Source: an uncultured Methanolobus sp. (GTDB lineage: Archaea; Halobacteriota; Methanosarcinia; Methanosarcinales; Methanosarcinaceae). From it: a stretch of DNA of 64,000 bases. Where the stretch lies: assembly GCA_963675495.1 (NCBI GenBank), contig OY776215.1, positions 2,048,001 to 2,112,000 on the forward strand, in the 5' to 3' direction. A program made the position numbers and the translations under genes. Under the pieces are notes generated by a model that was not told where the DNA came from, ran no database searches, and worked only from the letters and a program-made list of their open reading frames with translations. Positions 39,604 through 49,930 of the stretch are shown piece by piece (the first letter of the stretch is position 1; every line of letters starts with the position of its first letter).

Positions 39604-40575
39604 TCAGGGTCCCTGATAAGACCTGATTTCTACTTCCGGCATTTTTGCAATTTCAATGCTTGATATACTCCCTATGAAGATATCCTGCTCATTGGTAAAG
39701 GAAGCAAGAAGACTATGTGTGATCATGTTACTGACATGTCTTCGTTTTTTAGGGTCAACTACGTATCTAAGGTGCATTTCTATTCTGTCACCTTCTATTT
39801 GCATAAATACCCTGGTGTCAACGTCGTAAGATGTTAACAGGTATTTCCCTTCCATATTAGAAAGTTCTTTTTTGGAATGTTCAACGTAATCTTTTATGAG
39901 TTCACTCGTGGTGTCTAATGCTATTTTTTTAGCCTTTTCCCAGTTACTTCCAAGGCCCAAAATGATAGTAACTTCATCCCATATGAACGAGAAGTCACGT
40001 GTATAGTTTTTCACTGTAGTGTTCAGGATAAAGCTGTTAGGGACATTGAGTATTCTTCCTGAGTACTGATCTCCGTTAACCCATTCTCTGATCTCCATAA
40101 AGGTGGTATGGAAATATGTGATATCAAGCACATCCCCATAGCAGTCATTTACCTGTATCCTGTCACCTGCCCTGAAAGATTTAGAGAACAGGATGATGAC
40201 TCCGCCTGCAAAGTTACGGAAGACATCCTGCAATGCAATTATGATCCCTGCGCTGAAGATACCATATGCAATGATGAGGGTGGTTGTTTCTTTCAAAAAG
40301 ACTACCAATAATAATCCGACAGCAAGCATTGTGATGATTGCTGATGATACTTTTCTGAGGGTGTATCTTTCCCTGTTATCACGAACTTTGTTCATGATGA
40401 TGTTTTCAACAACAGCAGTCAGGAAATATGCAAGCAGAATTATCAATGCTGCCTGTATAAGTTTTACAAGCATAGCTTCATAGTTTGCAGCATAGTCTGT
40501 GAAGTAATTGATGTAAGAAAACATCAGAATAAGGCCTGTAAAGAATAAAATACCAATATTGTTTCTCCCACTCAC
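39604..40575 (-). CDS. Small-conductance mechanosensitive channel family
   Basis: ALQDVFRNFAGG, FRAGDRIQV, GDV.DI, VPNS. Confidence 0.92.
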   Translation of the reverse strand: MSGRNNIGILFFTGLILMFSYINYFTDYAANYEAMLVKLIQAALIILLAYFLTAVVENIIMNKVRDNRERYTLRKVSSAIITMLAVGLLLVVFLKETTTLIIAYGIFSAGIIIALQDVFRNFAGGVIILFSKSFRAGDRIQVNDCYGDVLDITYFHTTFMEIREWVNGDQYSGRILNVPNSFILNTTVKNYTRDFSFIWDEVTIILGLGSNWEKAKKIALDTTSELIKDYVEHSKKELSNMEGKYLLTSYDVDTRVFMQIEGDRIEMHLRYVVDPKKRRHVSNMITHSLLASFTNEQDIFIGSISSIEIAKMPEVEIRSYQGP

Positions 40576-40624
40576 AGAATAATCTTAGACATAATGTTAT
40601 AATAATTTTATCCGTTAGCCGGAC

Positions 40625-41464
40625 TTAGTGCTTGAACGTATGTGGAATGGTTCTGAATAGTGTGCGATAAATTCCAATTCCTGCAAGTATACAAAACATG
40701 AATGGAAAAAGCTGGGTATTGATTTCACCTGGCATGCTGGCTATTCCAAAAAAGATAATGACTGTCATTATCCTCGCCAATTGAAATCTTGCAGCATCAA
40801 GAGTTTTTCCGGTCCTGTCTCCAACACTTTTTAATTTAGCCGGTCCTACGATAGCAGGCAGGAACAAGACAGTTCCAAATACAAAAAGCAGCATATTCTC
40901 CAATTGGTATGTAAATACCACTCCACCTTTTTCAATGAGAATAACTACTGAAATAACCATCAATAGAATTCCTGTTAAAAAATGATGTTTTGCCGGGTCT
41001 TTCAGTCTACTGTCAATTATAAATCCTGTAGCTGTCAGAAAGCCATACATATGGGATGTGTAGTATGCCAGAATTATCCCGATCACAGCGATTAACAAAG
41101 AATCCATTATTCCTGCCGGCATACCGCTTGAATGATTCACTATTCTTAGGAGCATAATTAACCAGACAAATGAAAGCAAGGGTGGTATTTCTGAAAATAT
41201 GACGAGTGCAAGCGCCAGAAATATAGTTACAAAAGCACTCCAATCGTTGTCCGGGTCAAGTTCTCTTGAAATTGCCCATAGAAGAAATATTAGTAAACCT
41301 GTCCTTATTCCTGCTATCAGACTTGAATAGTTCGTTTCCCCATTAATTGCACTGGCAAGTGCAATAACAGCAAAAGTGAGCAGTGCAATGATGGATATCA
41401 ATTTATTTGTCACATAATTGGTGTCCAGAGGACGACCTATGGTAGTTATTTTGTTGATGTCCAT
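40625..41464 (-). CDS. Hypothetical multi-pass membrane protein
   Basis: Many TM segments; WAISRELDPD motif. Confidence 0.75.
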   Translation of the reverse strand: MDINKITTIGRPLDTNYVTNKLISIIALLTFAVIALASAINGETNYSSLIAGIRTGLLIFLLWAISRELDPDNDWSAFVTIFLALALVIFSEIPPLLSFVWLIMLLRIVNHSSGMPAGIMDSLLIAVIGIILAYYTSHMYGFLTATGFIIDSRLKDPAKHHFLTGILLMVISVVILIEKGGVVFTYQLENMLLFVFGTVLFLPAIVGPAKLKSVGDRTGKTLDAARFQLARIMTVIIFFGIASMPGEINTQLFPFMFCILAGIGIYRTLFRTIPHTFKH

Positions 41465-41599
41465 CTTTGTAAAGGGTGATACTATATGATTTCTAGTTTT
41501 CTGATGTTATGTTTTTCATAACAAAAGACCTCATCATTATGATAATCATTATATTATATAGTATAGATATATTTATATATTATGTTTTGATAGTTGGTA

Positions 41600-41765
41600 T
41601 TGTTGTCACACACTAAGGTGATGTGATCGAATGTCCCAAATGGTACGATATGGGCATCACTAAAACCCGCCAAAAACGGAATTGGATTACACAGGAATGT
41701 GAACGTTAGGTACTTCCCCCTCAGTATCTCTTAAAAAACGTTTGCGCACGTTCACATTTCCTCCG
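41600..41765 (+). ncRNA. Candidate sRNA/small-ORF transcript
   Basis: TATA-like TTTATATA at about 41572; AGGTGA SD and a 10-codon ORF at 41631-41663; hairpin 41693-41762. Confidence 0.4.
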
Positions 41766-41867
41766 TCGATTCATCCAGGGTGGAGTATAAGCAAAGGGAG
41801 AAGGGTATAAAAAGTGAAGAATTTGCATTCCGACTTTCACGGAATGCGGGGTTATTGTCATTTCACT

Positions 41868-44369
41868 TCACTCAATACCTTCATCTATCTTTCTGGCAGT
41901 TTCATACATCCACGATGCATCTTCTTTTCTTCCCATTAGTTCCAGGGTATATCCAAGATTTTGCAGTGTAATGGTCACATTAGAGCGGTATGCCGGGTTA
42001 TCAGGCTCTAGCTCCATAATCTCTGCATAGGTCTTCAGGGCATTTTCATAACTTTTCTTTGCATCAGTATGCATTTCCATGCTAAGGAAAAATGAACCTA
42101 TTCCATCCAGTACACCTGCATAATCAAGTTGATGTGCTGTGTTTGAAGGATCCGCATCCATCAATGACCTGTAAGTTTCAAGAGACATCTCATATCTAGC
42201 CTTTGCTTCATCACTGTTATTCTGGTTTGTTGCCAGCTCTGCTACTCTTGCATGTAAGGCTGCAATCCTTTCAATTGGATAAATGCTCTCTGGTTCCAGT
42301 TCAGCCAGTACTTTATAGGCATCAAGGGCATAGTTGCACATGTATCCTGCTTCTTCAACATCTCCTTTTTCGGAAAGGACATGCGCGATGTTCTCAATAA
42401 CAGATGCACGGTTGGTATGGATCGAAACATCATTTCCATTCATTTCCAGCAGCTTGTTATATCTTGTAAGCAGGAATTCGAGTATTTCAAGTTCTTCAGA
42501 TCCCTGTTTTGTGCCAGCTGATACTTTAAGCTTTTCAAGCAGTTTGATTATTTTAGGCAAGTATGTGGTTTCGGTTTCCTGAAGTTGCTCGTATAATTGA
42601 AGTGCTTCTATGTTTTGCCCCATTGCAACCATAACGTCAGCTATCTTTCCCTGTAGTTCTTTGATCCTGGTTACATTTTTCCCATTATCATCGGATACAA
42701 GTCCAAGTAATTCAGTTCTTATTTCCAGTATATTGTCATACTCTTTTTTCAGGGTCTCTACATTTCCTGTATTATCTGCCTGTTTTTCTTTTTCAAGCAA
42801 AATATCATCTATCTTTTCAACATACTTCCTGTCAGAGTTCCCTGTCTTTATAAGCTGAATATAACTGCTCAAAGCATCATCTATCTGTCCAAGATTTAGC
42901 TGTGTTCGTGCTATGTTTTCCAGAACTTCATTCATTTTGGAATCATCCCCTGTTGCATGTGTGACAGTTTCGAACGTCATGAGAGCTTTTTTGAAATTTT
43001 CAAGAGCTTCTGTGTGAGCATCCTTTTCGGTAAAAATCTTACCTATTTCATAGCAAATTTCTGCATTTATCAGTCCAAATTCCAGACTTTCCTGACTCAC
43101 TGTCAAAATATTTGTTTCCAGCTTTTTATATAATCCCAATTTAGTATCGATGTCATCTGTCAGTTCTACAAGTGCAAGCATGTCCTCTACAATAGACACT
43201 CCTGCCTGCAGGCTTGAACTATCCTCTAATTCATTTTTAAGGACTTTTAATGCAATGTCAACAGATTCTTCAATTCTCTGAATTGCTTCCTCAATTCTGC
43301 CTGCTTCTTTTAGCAGGTTCCCAATAATATCAAGAGAAAAAGCTACATTTAGCTGGTAAGATGTATTTGATGGCATGGATGCCAGTAATTTTCTGGACAT
43401 TTCCAGGATCGATCCATATCTTTCCAGCAATTTTTCAGATTGCTCTTCATTTTCCAGAAGCCTGTTCATGTCCCTGAGAAGTTTAGTAAGCATTTTCCTG
43501 TTAGCAGGTTCATCCGGATCTTCATCAAACTGCTTTGAAACGATTTCCAGTGTTTCCTGAAGTTTCATGAATGCAGCATCATGTTTTCCTTCGTTCTCGA
43601 GTATGCGTGCAAAATTCTGTAAAACCGTGGGCATTTTTGAAGACTCAACATTATTCTCACGTGTTTCTTCAAGGTATGTTTCCAGTAATTGCCCATACCT
43701 TTCCTCGTCCATTACGCTTGTACTTTCCACAGGAATGTTCAGCAGGTTTCCAAGTATTGTGATTCTCTTGAGTTGATATTCAACATCTCCTTTCTCGTCA
43801 TCAGATGTCTTTTCATAGAGCGTGAAAGCTTCTTCAAATCTCTCCAAAGCTTCATCATTTTCTCCCATTTCAGCAAGCAGCGCACCCATGTTGTTGAGTG
43901 TTGAAACTGCATTTGATATGTGTGATGTGTTTGAAGGCTCTTTTTCAATTAGTTCCCTGTAGATCTGTGCAGATGTCTCGTATTTATCTCTGGCTTCTTC
44001 TTTCCTTTCTAGATTCTCAAGGACAGTTCCCATATTGCTGAACATACTTGCTCTTTGTTCAGGATCCATATATTCCGGATTTTTTTCAAGGATATCAGAA
44101 GCTGCAATGTATCTATCAAGTGCTGCTTCTTTTTTGTCATGTGAATACAACAGGTCTGCGTATGTCTGCAATACTGCTACCAGTATCTGAGGTGATTCTG
44201 CTTCCTTTGCCTGCTCTTCAGCCAGTTCAAGGGTTTCAAGCGCATCTTCATGCAGTCCTTTCTCAATGAGGCTTACTCCTTTGTTGAAGTGCCTGAATGC
44301 CATATCTCTTGCTCTTTTGGACATATTGCTCTCGGTTCTTTGATAATGATGGTTAACAAGATAGCTCAT
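41868..44369 (-). CDS. Tetratricopeptide repeat protein
   Basis: Repeated helical TPR-like units (LNNMG.LL..MG...EA...FEEA); start may be 44324. Confidence 0.88.
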   Translation of the reverse strand: MSYLVNHHYQRTESNMSKRARDMAFRHFNKGVSLIEKGLHEDALETLELAEEQAKEAESPQILVAVLQTYADLLYSHDKKEAALDRYIAASDILEKNPEYMDPEQRASMFSNMGTVLENLERKEEARDKYETSAQIYRELIEKEPSNTSHISNAVSTLNNMGALLAEMGENDEALERFEEAFTLYEKTSDDEKGDVEYQLKRITILGNLLNIPVESTSVMDEERYGQLLETYLEETRENNVESSKMPTVLQNFARILENEGKHDAAFMKLQETLEIVSKQFDEDPDEPANRKMLTKLLRDMNRLLENEEQSEKLLERYGSILEMSRKLLASMPSNTSYQLNVAFSLDIIGNLLKEAGRIEEAIQRIEESVDIALKVLKNELEDSSSLQAGVSIVEDMLALVELTDDIDTKLGLYKKLETNILTVSQESLEFGLINAEICYEIGKIFTEKDAHTEALENFKKALMTFETVTHATGDDSKMNEVLENIARTQLNLGQIDDALSSYIQLIKTGNSDRKYVEKIDDILLEKEKQADNTGNVETLKKEYDNILEIRTELLGLVSDDNGKNVTRIKELQGKIADVMVAMGQNIEALQLYEQLQETETTYLPKIIKLLEKLKVSAGTKQGSEELEILEFLLTRYNKLLEMNGNDVSIHTNRASVIENIAHVLSEKGDVEEAGYMCNYALDAYKVLAELEPESIYPIERIAALHARVAELATNQNNSDEAKARYEMSLETYRSLMDADPSNTAHQLDYAGVLDGIGSFFLSMEMHTDAKKSYENALKTYAEIMELEPDNPAYRSNVTITLQNLGYTLELMGRKEDASWMYETARKIDEGIE

Positions 44370-44439
44370 ACTATTTATTTTCTGCCGGGAAAATAATAAT
44401 GAATGATTGCATTGGTTCTGCTTTTTAGGTGGAAGTATC

Positions 44440-45036
44440 TTATTTAATAGTAACCCTGTTCTTAGTTACATTGATAACCTTTTCTATAAATTCATCTTTG
44501 AACTCTGAATAAACCTCTAATTTAAAATGCACAACATCAGAGTAATCAATTTCATCAATTGTTCCATATTCAGGCATCATCTTGTTGATAGTGTCAATGT
44601 CCGAATAATCTGAATCTATATGTATGCTTGTCGTTTCGTGGATCTCTATGATCCCGGCACTCTCTATGGCTTCGATCGCAGTTTCCCTGTATGCTCTGGC
44701 AAGCCCTCCAAAACCCAGTTTAACACCGCCAAAATATCTGCTTACGACCACAGCCACATTGCTTAGTTCCTTCATCTCCAGTATCTTGAATACTGGTTTT
44801 CCTGAGCTTCCTGCAGGTTCTCCGTCGTCATCATACTTCATAGCAAGCACATTATCCGCATTTATGAGGTATGCGGAAACGTTATGATTTGCATCACTAT
44901 GTTTATTTTTGATCAGATTGATGAAGTCCTTCGCTTCACATTCATTCTTTACAGGAACTGCGGAAGCAATAAAGGTCGAGTTCTTGAAATCCTGCTGTGA
45001 ATGACCGGTTTCTTTCAATGTCCTATGACTTGGCAA
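44440..45036 (-). CDS. IMPACT/YigZ family protein
   Basis: S.FI, ANHNVSAY, DDGEP.GSSG.P, RYFGGVKLG.GGL.RAY. Confidence 0.93.
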   Translation of the reverse strand: MPSHRTLKETGHSQQDFKNSTFIASAVPVKNECEAKDFINLIKNKHSDANHNVSAYLINADNVLAMKYDDDGEPAGSSGKPVFKILEMKELSNVAVVVSRYFGGVKLGFGGLARAYRETAIEAIESAGIIEIHETTSIHIDSDYSDIDTINKMMPEYGTIDEIDYSDVVHFKLEVYSEFKDEFIEKVINVTKNRVTIK

Positions 45037-45167
45037 TTAAATTCTCCACAACAAATATATACTAGGTTTTATAAATGTCGGATTGAATTAGATAAAAGTA
45101 AATACTTAAAAATGCTATATGATTACTTATAAGTGTTAGCACCTTATTATTTCTCTCAGGTAATGTC

Positions 45168-48100
45168 ATGCTCGTTAAAAACCTTGCTCTTTATGTAATA
45201 ATCCTTCTGGCAGTATTTTATATCTGTCCTTTAGCTGGCAGTTTAGGACAGGAAGCCAGTGGCTTGAATTCGATTGGAGTTTCGCTTACTAAGAATGGGA
45301 CTTATGATGAAGCCCTTCTATATTATGATAAAGCGCTTGAAGCAGATCCAGATTATATTCAGGCACTGGACAATAGAGGTTCGACACTTTTTCTGATGGG
45401 GGATTATACTGAAGCATCAAAGACGTATGACCGAATACTTTCCAGTTATCCTGATTCCCCAGTTGCTCTTTTCAAAAAAGCTCTTTCACTGTCAGGGCAG
45501 GAAGACTATGAAGGGGCTCTCATTTATTATAACCGGTCCCTTCAATTGCTATCAAATGAAAGTGTTTCAGATTACGAAACAATTTTTGATATTGGTCTTT
45601 TTTCCTTTGAGGAAGTTTCCCTTAGATCAGAAATAAATGGTGTAGATCATGACCTCAGAATTCCAAGTGTATGGTATCAAAAAGCACTGACACTTGAAGC
45701 TCTTGGAAGACACAATGAATCTCTTTATTATTATGACCAGATACTGGATTTTGCAAATTCACATTCAGGCGAACTTTCAAGGCATGCCAGCAGTTTATAT
45801 GAACTTGGCAAATACAATGAATCCATAAGTGTTTATAATGAAGCTCTTGGGGTCGAACCTGATAATACTGCTTATTGGTATGGAAAAGGTCTTGCCTACG
45901 ACGCCCTGGGTGATTTTCAGAATGCTATTACATGTTATGATCGGGCTTTAGAATTCGAACCTGACAATATCAATGCACATTATAATAAGGCCCTGGACCT
46001 TGAGAATATGGGGCAACTTGAAATTGCAGTGAAGCAATACGATTCACTGATCACGGTGGACCCATATGCAGTTGATGCATGGTACAAAATGGGAAAAGCC
46101 TATGAGCAGCTTGGAAATTTTGAATCGGCCCTGAAAGCCTACGACCAGTTCCTCATTTATCAACCTGAAAATGCTGAGGTATGGACTCGCAAAGGTGCTG
46201 TCCTTGATATCATGGGAAAGTATTCAGAGGCCATAGAAGCTTATGATAAAGCATTGAAACTTGGACCCGATAGTACAACAGTAGAGGCTTTTGGTTCGGG
46301 AGCTGCTTTATTCGGTGTTCCTGTGGGAGTTTTAGATTGTTACGGAAGTACTCCTGAATTCAAATCAGATTCTGCTTTGCTGTGGTTCAACAAAGGTCTT
46401 GCCTTCTATAAGATGGCTGACTATGAAAGTGCGATAGTGGCACTTGATAATGCAGGTGAAATTGAACCTGGTTTCCCACTTATCTGGTATAAAAAAGCCA
46501 ATGCATATGATAGTCTTGAGTTATACGATGAAGCCATTGATGAATACGAAAAGGCTCTGAAGATCGATAGTTCATGTTCAAGGGTTCACTATGATCTTGC
46601 CCTTGACTACGATCGACTTGGTGAATACAACGCCGCACAAAAAGCATATTCCCGAGCTGTAAAGCTGGAGCCAAACTTCACAGCAGCCCTTTATAATAGG
46701 GGACTTGATCTTGATAATCTCGGTAAATATGATGATTCTGTTGAAGTTTACGACAAAGTGCTTGAGTTACATCCTGACTCTGTTGATGCATGGCTCAGGA
46801 AAGGCAATGCTTTGCATGAACTCCGCAGATACAAAGAAGCCATGGTATCCTATGAACAGGTGCTTCAATTGGATCCGACCCATTCAGTGGCCAGATTCCA
46901 GTTGAGTACAAATCAGGATTTACTTGGGGACACTAAAAGCTCATTTTCGCACTATCCGAGGACTTCCACGTTCTTTGGGGTAATGGACGAAGATATTTTC
47001 AGTTCGGACATATTGATCTGGTATACTTCAGATTCGTTTTCAAATGGCAACACCAATAGTCTGGCTCACGCAGAAATACTTGGGGATGTCATCAGTTACG
47101 ACAAAGTGTGGGTTTCAAGGGGCTCTACCTTTGAAAATATGTTGATGACGGACAAAGCAATTGATTCTTATACAAAAGCCATACTCCTTAACCCCGAATC
47201 TGCAGAGGCATGGGCAAGCATGGCGGCATCCTATGATCAGCTTGGTAATTACGCTGATGCGGTTGTCTGTTATGAAAATGCAGTATTACTTAAACCTGAC
47301 AATTTACAGGCCTGGTACAAGAAAGGTCTTTCACATTATAATAACGGAGATAATGAAATGGCAGTTGACTCCTTCAACAAGGTACTGGAGAAAGAACCTG
47401 CAAATTATGATGCTCTTTACTTTAAGGCTTCAGCCTATGATGATCTCGGCATGTATAACGAGTCTCTCCAATCTTACAATACCATACTTCAGAAGGATGC
47501 CCAGAACACGGATGTCTGGTACAGGGCAGGCTATGCTGCATACCAGCTTGGAACTTATGACAGGTCGATAGACGCTTTCAACAATGTTCTAAAATATGAT
47601 CCGACAAATGCCACTGTGCTTAAATTCCAAAGCAGCTCCGCTGTGGGGCTTGGAAGATACGAAATTGCACTTAGTTTCTACGAAAGGATGCTTTCTGTCA
47701 CTCCTACGGATTCTATTGCAATGTTCGGGCAGGCATCAGTCTATGAAAAGCTTGGTAAATATGAGGAAGCAATTGAAACTTACGACAGTATCCTTGAATT
47801 AGAACCTGATAATTCCAGGGCTCTGAACAGCAAAGGTTTTACTTACTATCTTATGGGAGACCTGGCAAGTGCTTCGTCAACGTTTGAAATGGCGGCAAGT
47901 TCTGATCCGACCAGTGCATCTGCCTGGTATCATCTGGGTATGCTGTCGTACCTGAGAAGCAGTCACACAGGTTCCATCCACTATTATGAGAAGGCACTGG
48001 AACTTGACCCCACATGTACTACTGGCTGGTATAACAAAGGTTTCATCCACAATATCCTCGGAGATGCCGATGCTGCAGTGGAATGCTATGATAAGGTGCT

Positions 48101-48329
48101 GGCCATAGATCCAAATTCCACATCTGCCTTGTACAACAAGCAGTTTGCACTGTATCGTATTGGTAAATCCGTTACAGCAGATGCAACAAAAGAGCAACTG
48201 GATGCAATTGATCCGGGTTTTGTAGCTTCCCTTGATGACAGAGGTACTAAATTCTTCCTGCCGTCTGTTTATAGTGATACACTGGATTATGAATTGCCTC
48301 ACAGGTGGTACAACAGTTCACTTGCATGA
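45168..48329 (+). CDS. Large TPR protein with signal peptide
   Basis: More than 20 canonical TPR motifs (W..KG..L..LG.Y.EA...YD.AL..DP); hydrophobic N-terminus. Confidence 0.92.
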   Translation: MLVKNLALYVIILLAVFYICPLAGSLGQEASGLNSIGVSLTKNGTYDEALLYYDKALEADPDYIQALDNRGSTLFLMGDYTEASKTYDRILSSYPDSPVALFKKALSLSGQEDYEGALIYYNRSLQLLSNESVSDYETIFDIGLFSFEEVSLRSEINGVDHDLRIPSVWYQKALTLEALGRHNESLYYYDQILDFANSHSGELSRHASSLYELGKYNESISVYNEALGVEPDNTAYWYGKGLAYDALGDFQNAITCYDRALEFEPDNINAHYNKALDLENMGQLEIAVKQYDSLITVDPYAVDAWYKMGKAYEQLGNFESALKAYDQFLIYQPENAEVWTRKGAVLDIMGKYSEAIEAYDKALKLGPDSTTVEAFGSGAALFGVPVGVLDCYGSTPEFKSDSALLWFNKGLAFYKMADYESAIVALDNAGEIEPGFPLIWYKKANAYDSLELYDEAIDEYEKALKIDSSCSRVHYDLALDYDRLGEYNAAQKAYSRAVKLEPNFTAALYNRGLDLDNLGKYDDSVEVYDKVLELHPDSVDAWLRKGNALHELRRYKEAMVSYEQVLQLDPTHSVARFQLSTNQDLLGDTKSSFSHYPRTSTFFGVMDEDIFSSDILIWYTSDSFSNGNTNSLAHAEILGDVISYDKVWVSRGSTFENMLMTDKAIDSYTKAILLNPESAEAWASMAASYDQLGNYADAVVCYENAVLLKPDNLQAWYKKGLSHYNNGDNEMAVDSFNKVLEKEPANYDALYFKASAYDDLGMYNESLQSYNTILQKDAQNTDVWYRAGYAAYQLGTYDRSIDAFNNVLKYDPTNATVLKFQSSSAVGLGRYEIALSFYERMLSVTPTDSIAMFGQASVYEKLGKYEEAIETYDSILELEPDNSRALNSKGFTYYLMGDLASASSTFEMAASSDPTSASAWYHLGMLSYLRSSHTGSIHYYEKALELDPTCTTGWYNKGFIHNILGDADAAVECYDKVLAIDPNSTSALYNKQFALYRIGKSVTADATKEQLDAIDPGFVASLDDRGTKFFLPSVYSDTLDYELPHRWYNSSLA

Positions 48330-48384
48330 AGTGTGACTCTGTTTATCACATAAGATTTATCGTGTATTGGGGCAATTACGCCCC

Positions 48385-49041
48385 ATGCTAAATTCCCTTA
48401 TTTTTGACATGGATGGTGTACTTGTCGATTCCATGACATACCATGCACAGGCGTGGATACAGGTTTCAAGTGAGGTTGGTGTCAATGTCACGCCTGCAGA
48501 TATATTTGAGATAGAAGGTGCCAATCACAGGCTTGGTCTGCAGTGGCTCTTCCAGAAAGCAGGCAGGGATTTTGAGCCGGAGATGTATGAAAAGGTTCTT
48601 CAAAGGAAGATCGAGATATTTACAAGCATTGCCGATGTGAAAGCTTACGATGGTATGGCAGATTGTCTCATGGCACTTAAGGATAATTTCAGTCTGGCAG
48701 TGGTTACAGGTTCCGAAAGGGCCACTGTTGAATCTTTCATGGATCAGTTCTTCCCGGGCATCTTTGATGTTGTGGTCTCTGGTGAGGATGTACACTATGG
48801 AAAGCCGTATCCTGAACCTTACCTCAAAGCTGTTGAGATGCTTGGCATTGCAAAGGACGAGTGTATTGTAATAGAGAATGCACCCATGGGTGTTGAATCT
48901 GCAAAAAAGGCAGGTCTTTACTGTGTAGGTGTGCCAACGTATGTCTCTCCTGATAAACTATCTGAGGCAGACCTGATATTGGGAGACCATGGAATGCTGC
49001 AGAACTATCTCTATAATATTCTTGAAGACCAGGATTCGTAA
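48385..49041 (+). CDS. HAD-family phosphatase (beta-PGM/CbbY-like)
   Basis: FDMDGVLVDS, VTGS, GKPYPEPY, IENAP.G. Confidence 0.92.
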   Translation: MLNSLIFDMDGVLVDSMTYHAQAWIQVSSEVGVNVTPADIFEIEGANHRLGLQWLFQKAGRDFEPEMYEKVLQRKIEIFTSIADVKAYDGMADCLMALKDNFSLAVVTGSERATVESFMDQFFPGIFDVVVSGEDVHYGKPYPEPYLKAVEMLGIAKDECIVIENAPMGVESAKKAGLYCVGVPTYVSPDKLSEADLILGDHGMLQNYLYNILEDQDS

Positions 49042-49073
49042 GTTTTTAAAACTAATCTTCCAATATACTTAGC

Positions 49074-49796
49074 ATGGAAGAAAATGCTGAAGCTGATATG
49101 AAAGAGATGCTTGCAAATAACATGCACAGTCTGAAGGAACTTTTCCGTGAGACTCCCAGTATGGAACACCTTCTCCAGATAGTCGCTACTTATCATGGGA
49201 TGGAGAAAACCGAACGTGGTATTGGTTTTGCAGAAGCTTTCATCATGCAGATAGATGATGAAAAGGACAGGCTGGTGCAAACCTCTATGGTTCTGGAAAT
49301 GGTGGACGAAAATGAAGAGGCACTTTCTTATCTTGATGAAGCTGAGAGCAAATTCCCTGATGATGCTCAGGTGAAAAACCATCGGGGCATGCTTTTGAAC
49401 AAGTTGACGGAATTTGAGAAGGCTCTCCCAATATATGAAGGTCTGCTGGAAATAAGTCCTAAATCCCTTGAATCACTTTCAGGTAAACTGATAGCATTGA
49501 CAGGACTTGAAAGACATGGGGATGTGCTCAAATTGTATAAAACGTCTATTGCTATAACACCCTCAAATCCCCAGGATTGGCATTTCAAGGGAGTAATTGA
49601 TGGAATCCTCAAGGATTATTTTGAATCTGAAAAAGGCGATTCTATTACTGAAGGCCAGGCTGACAAATTGTCTCAGAGTTTTAATTCTATCGACCATATA
49701 ATAGATGGACTTGGACCTGAGGTTCGTAATTTTTATATGATGGGAAATTTTGCAGGCAAAGACATATATCATGAAATACTGGAAAACAAAGGCTGA
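49074..49796 (+). CDS. TPR-containing hypothetical protein
   Basis: TPR-like segments in the centre. Confidence 0.75.
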   Translation: MEENAEADMKEMLANNMHSLKELFRETPSMEHLLQIVATYHGMEKTERGIGFAEAFIMQIDDEKDRLVQTSMVLEMVDENEEALSYLDEAESKFPDDAQVKNHRGMLLNKLTEFEKALPIYEGLLEISPKSLESLSGKLIALTGLERHGDVLKLYKTSIAITPSNPQDWHFKGVIDGILKDYFESEKGDSITEGQADKLSQSFNSIDHIIDGLGPEVRNFYMMGNFAGKDIYHEILENKG

Positions 49797-49930
49797 GTTT
49801 TCCAATATTTTTATTAAGAAATCCCTTTTTATTTCCTTTTTGTATGTTAATTGCTTGTATTTTATCCCTATTGGGATTGTTTTTCTCTTAAAAGGGTAAC
49901 TTTTATAATGGTTTTTTCCACATTTGCTAT

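Noticed and set aside
41623-41790. 28-codon GTG ORF ending in TAG with possible Pyl readthrough
   Set aside because: No recognisable protein features; the region is better explained as structured RNA
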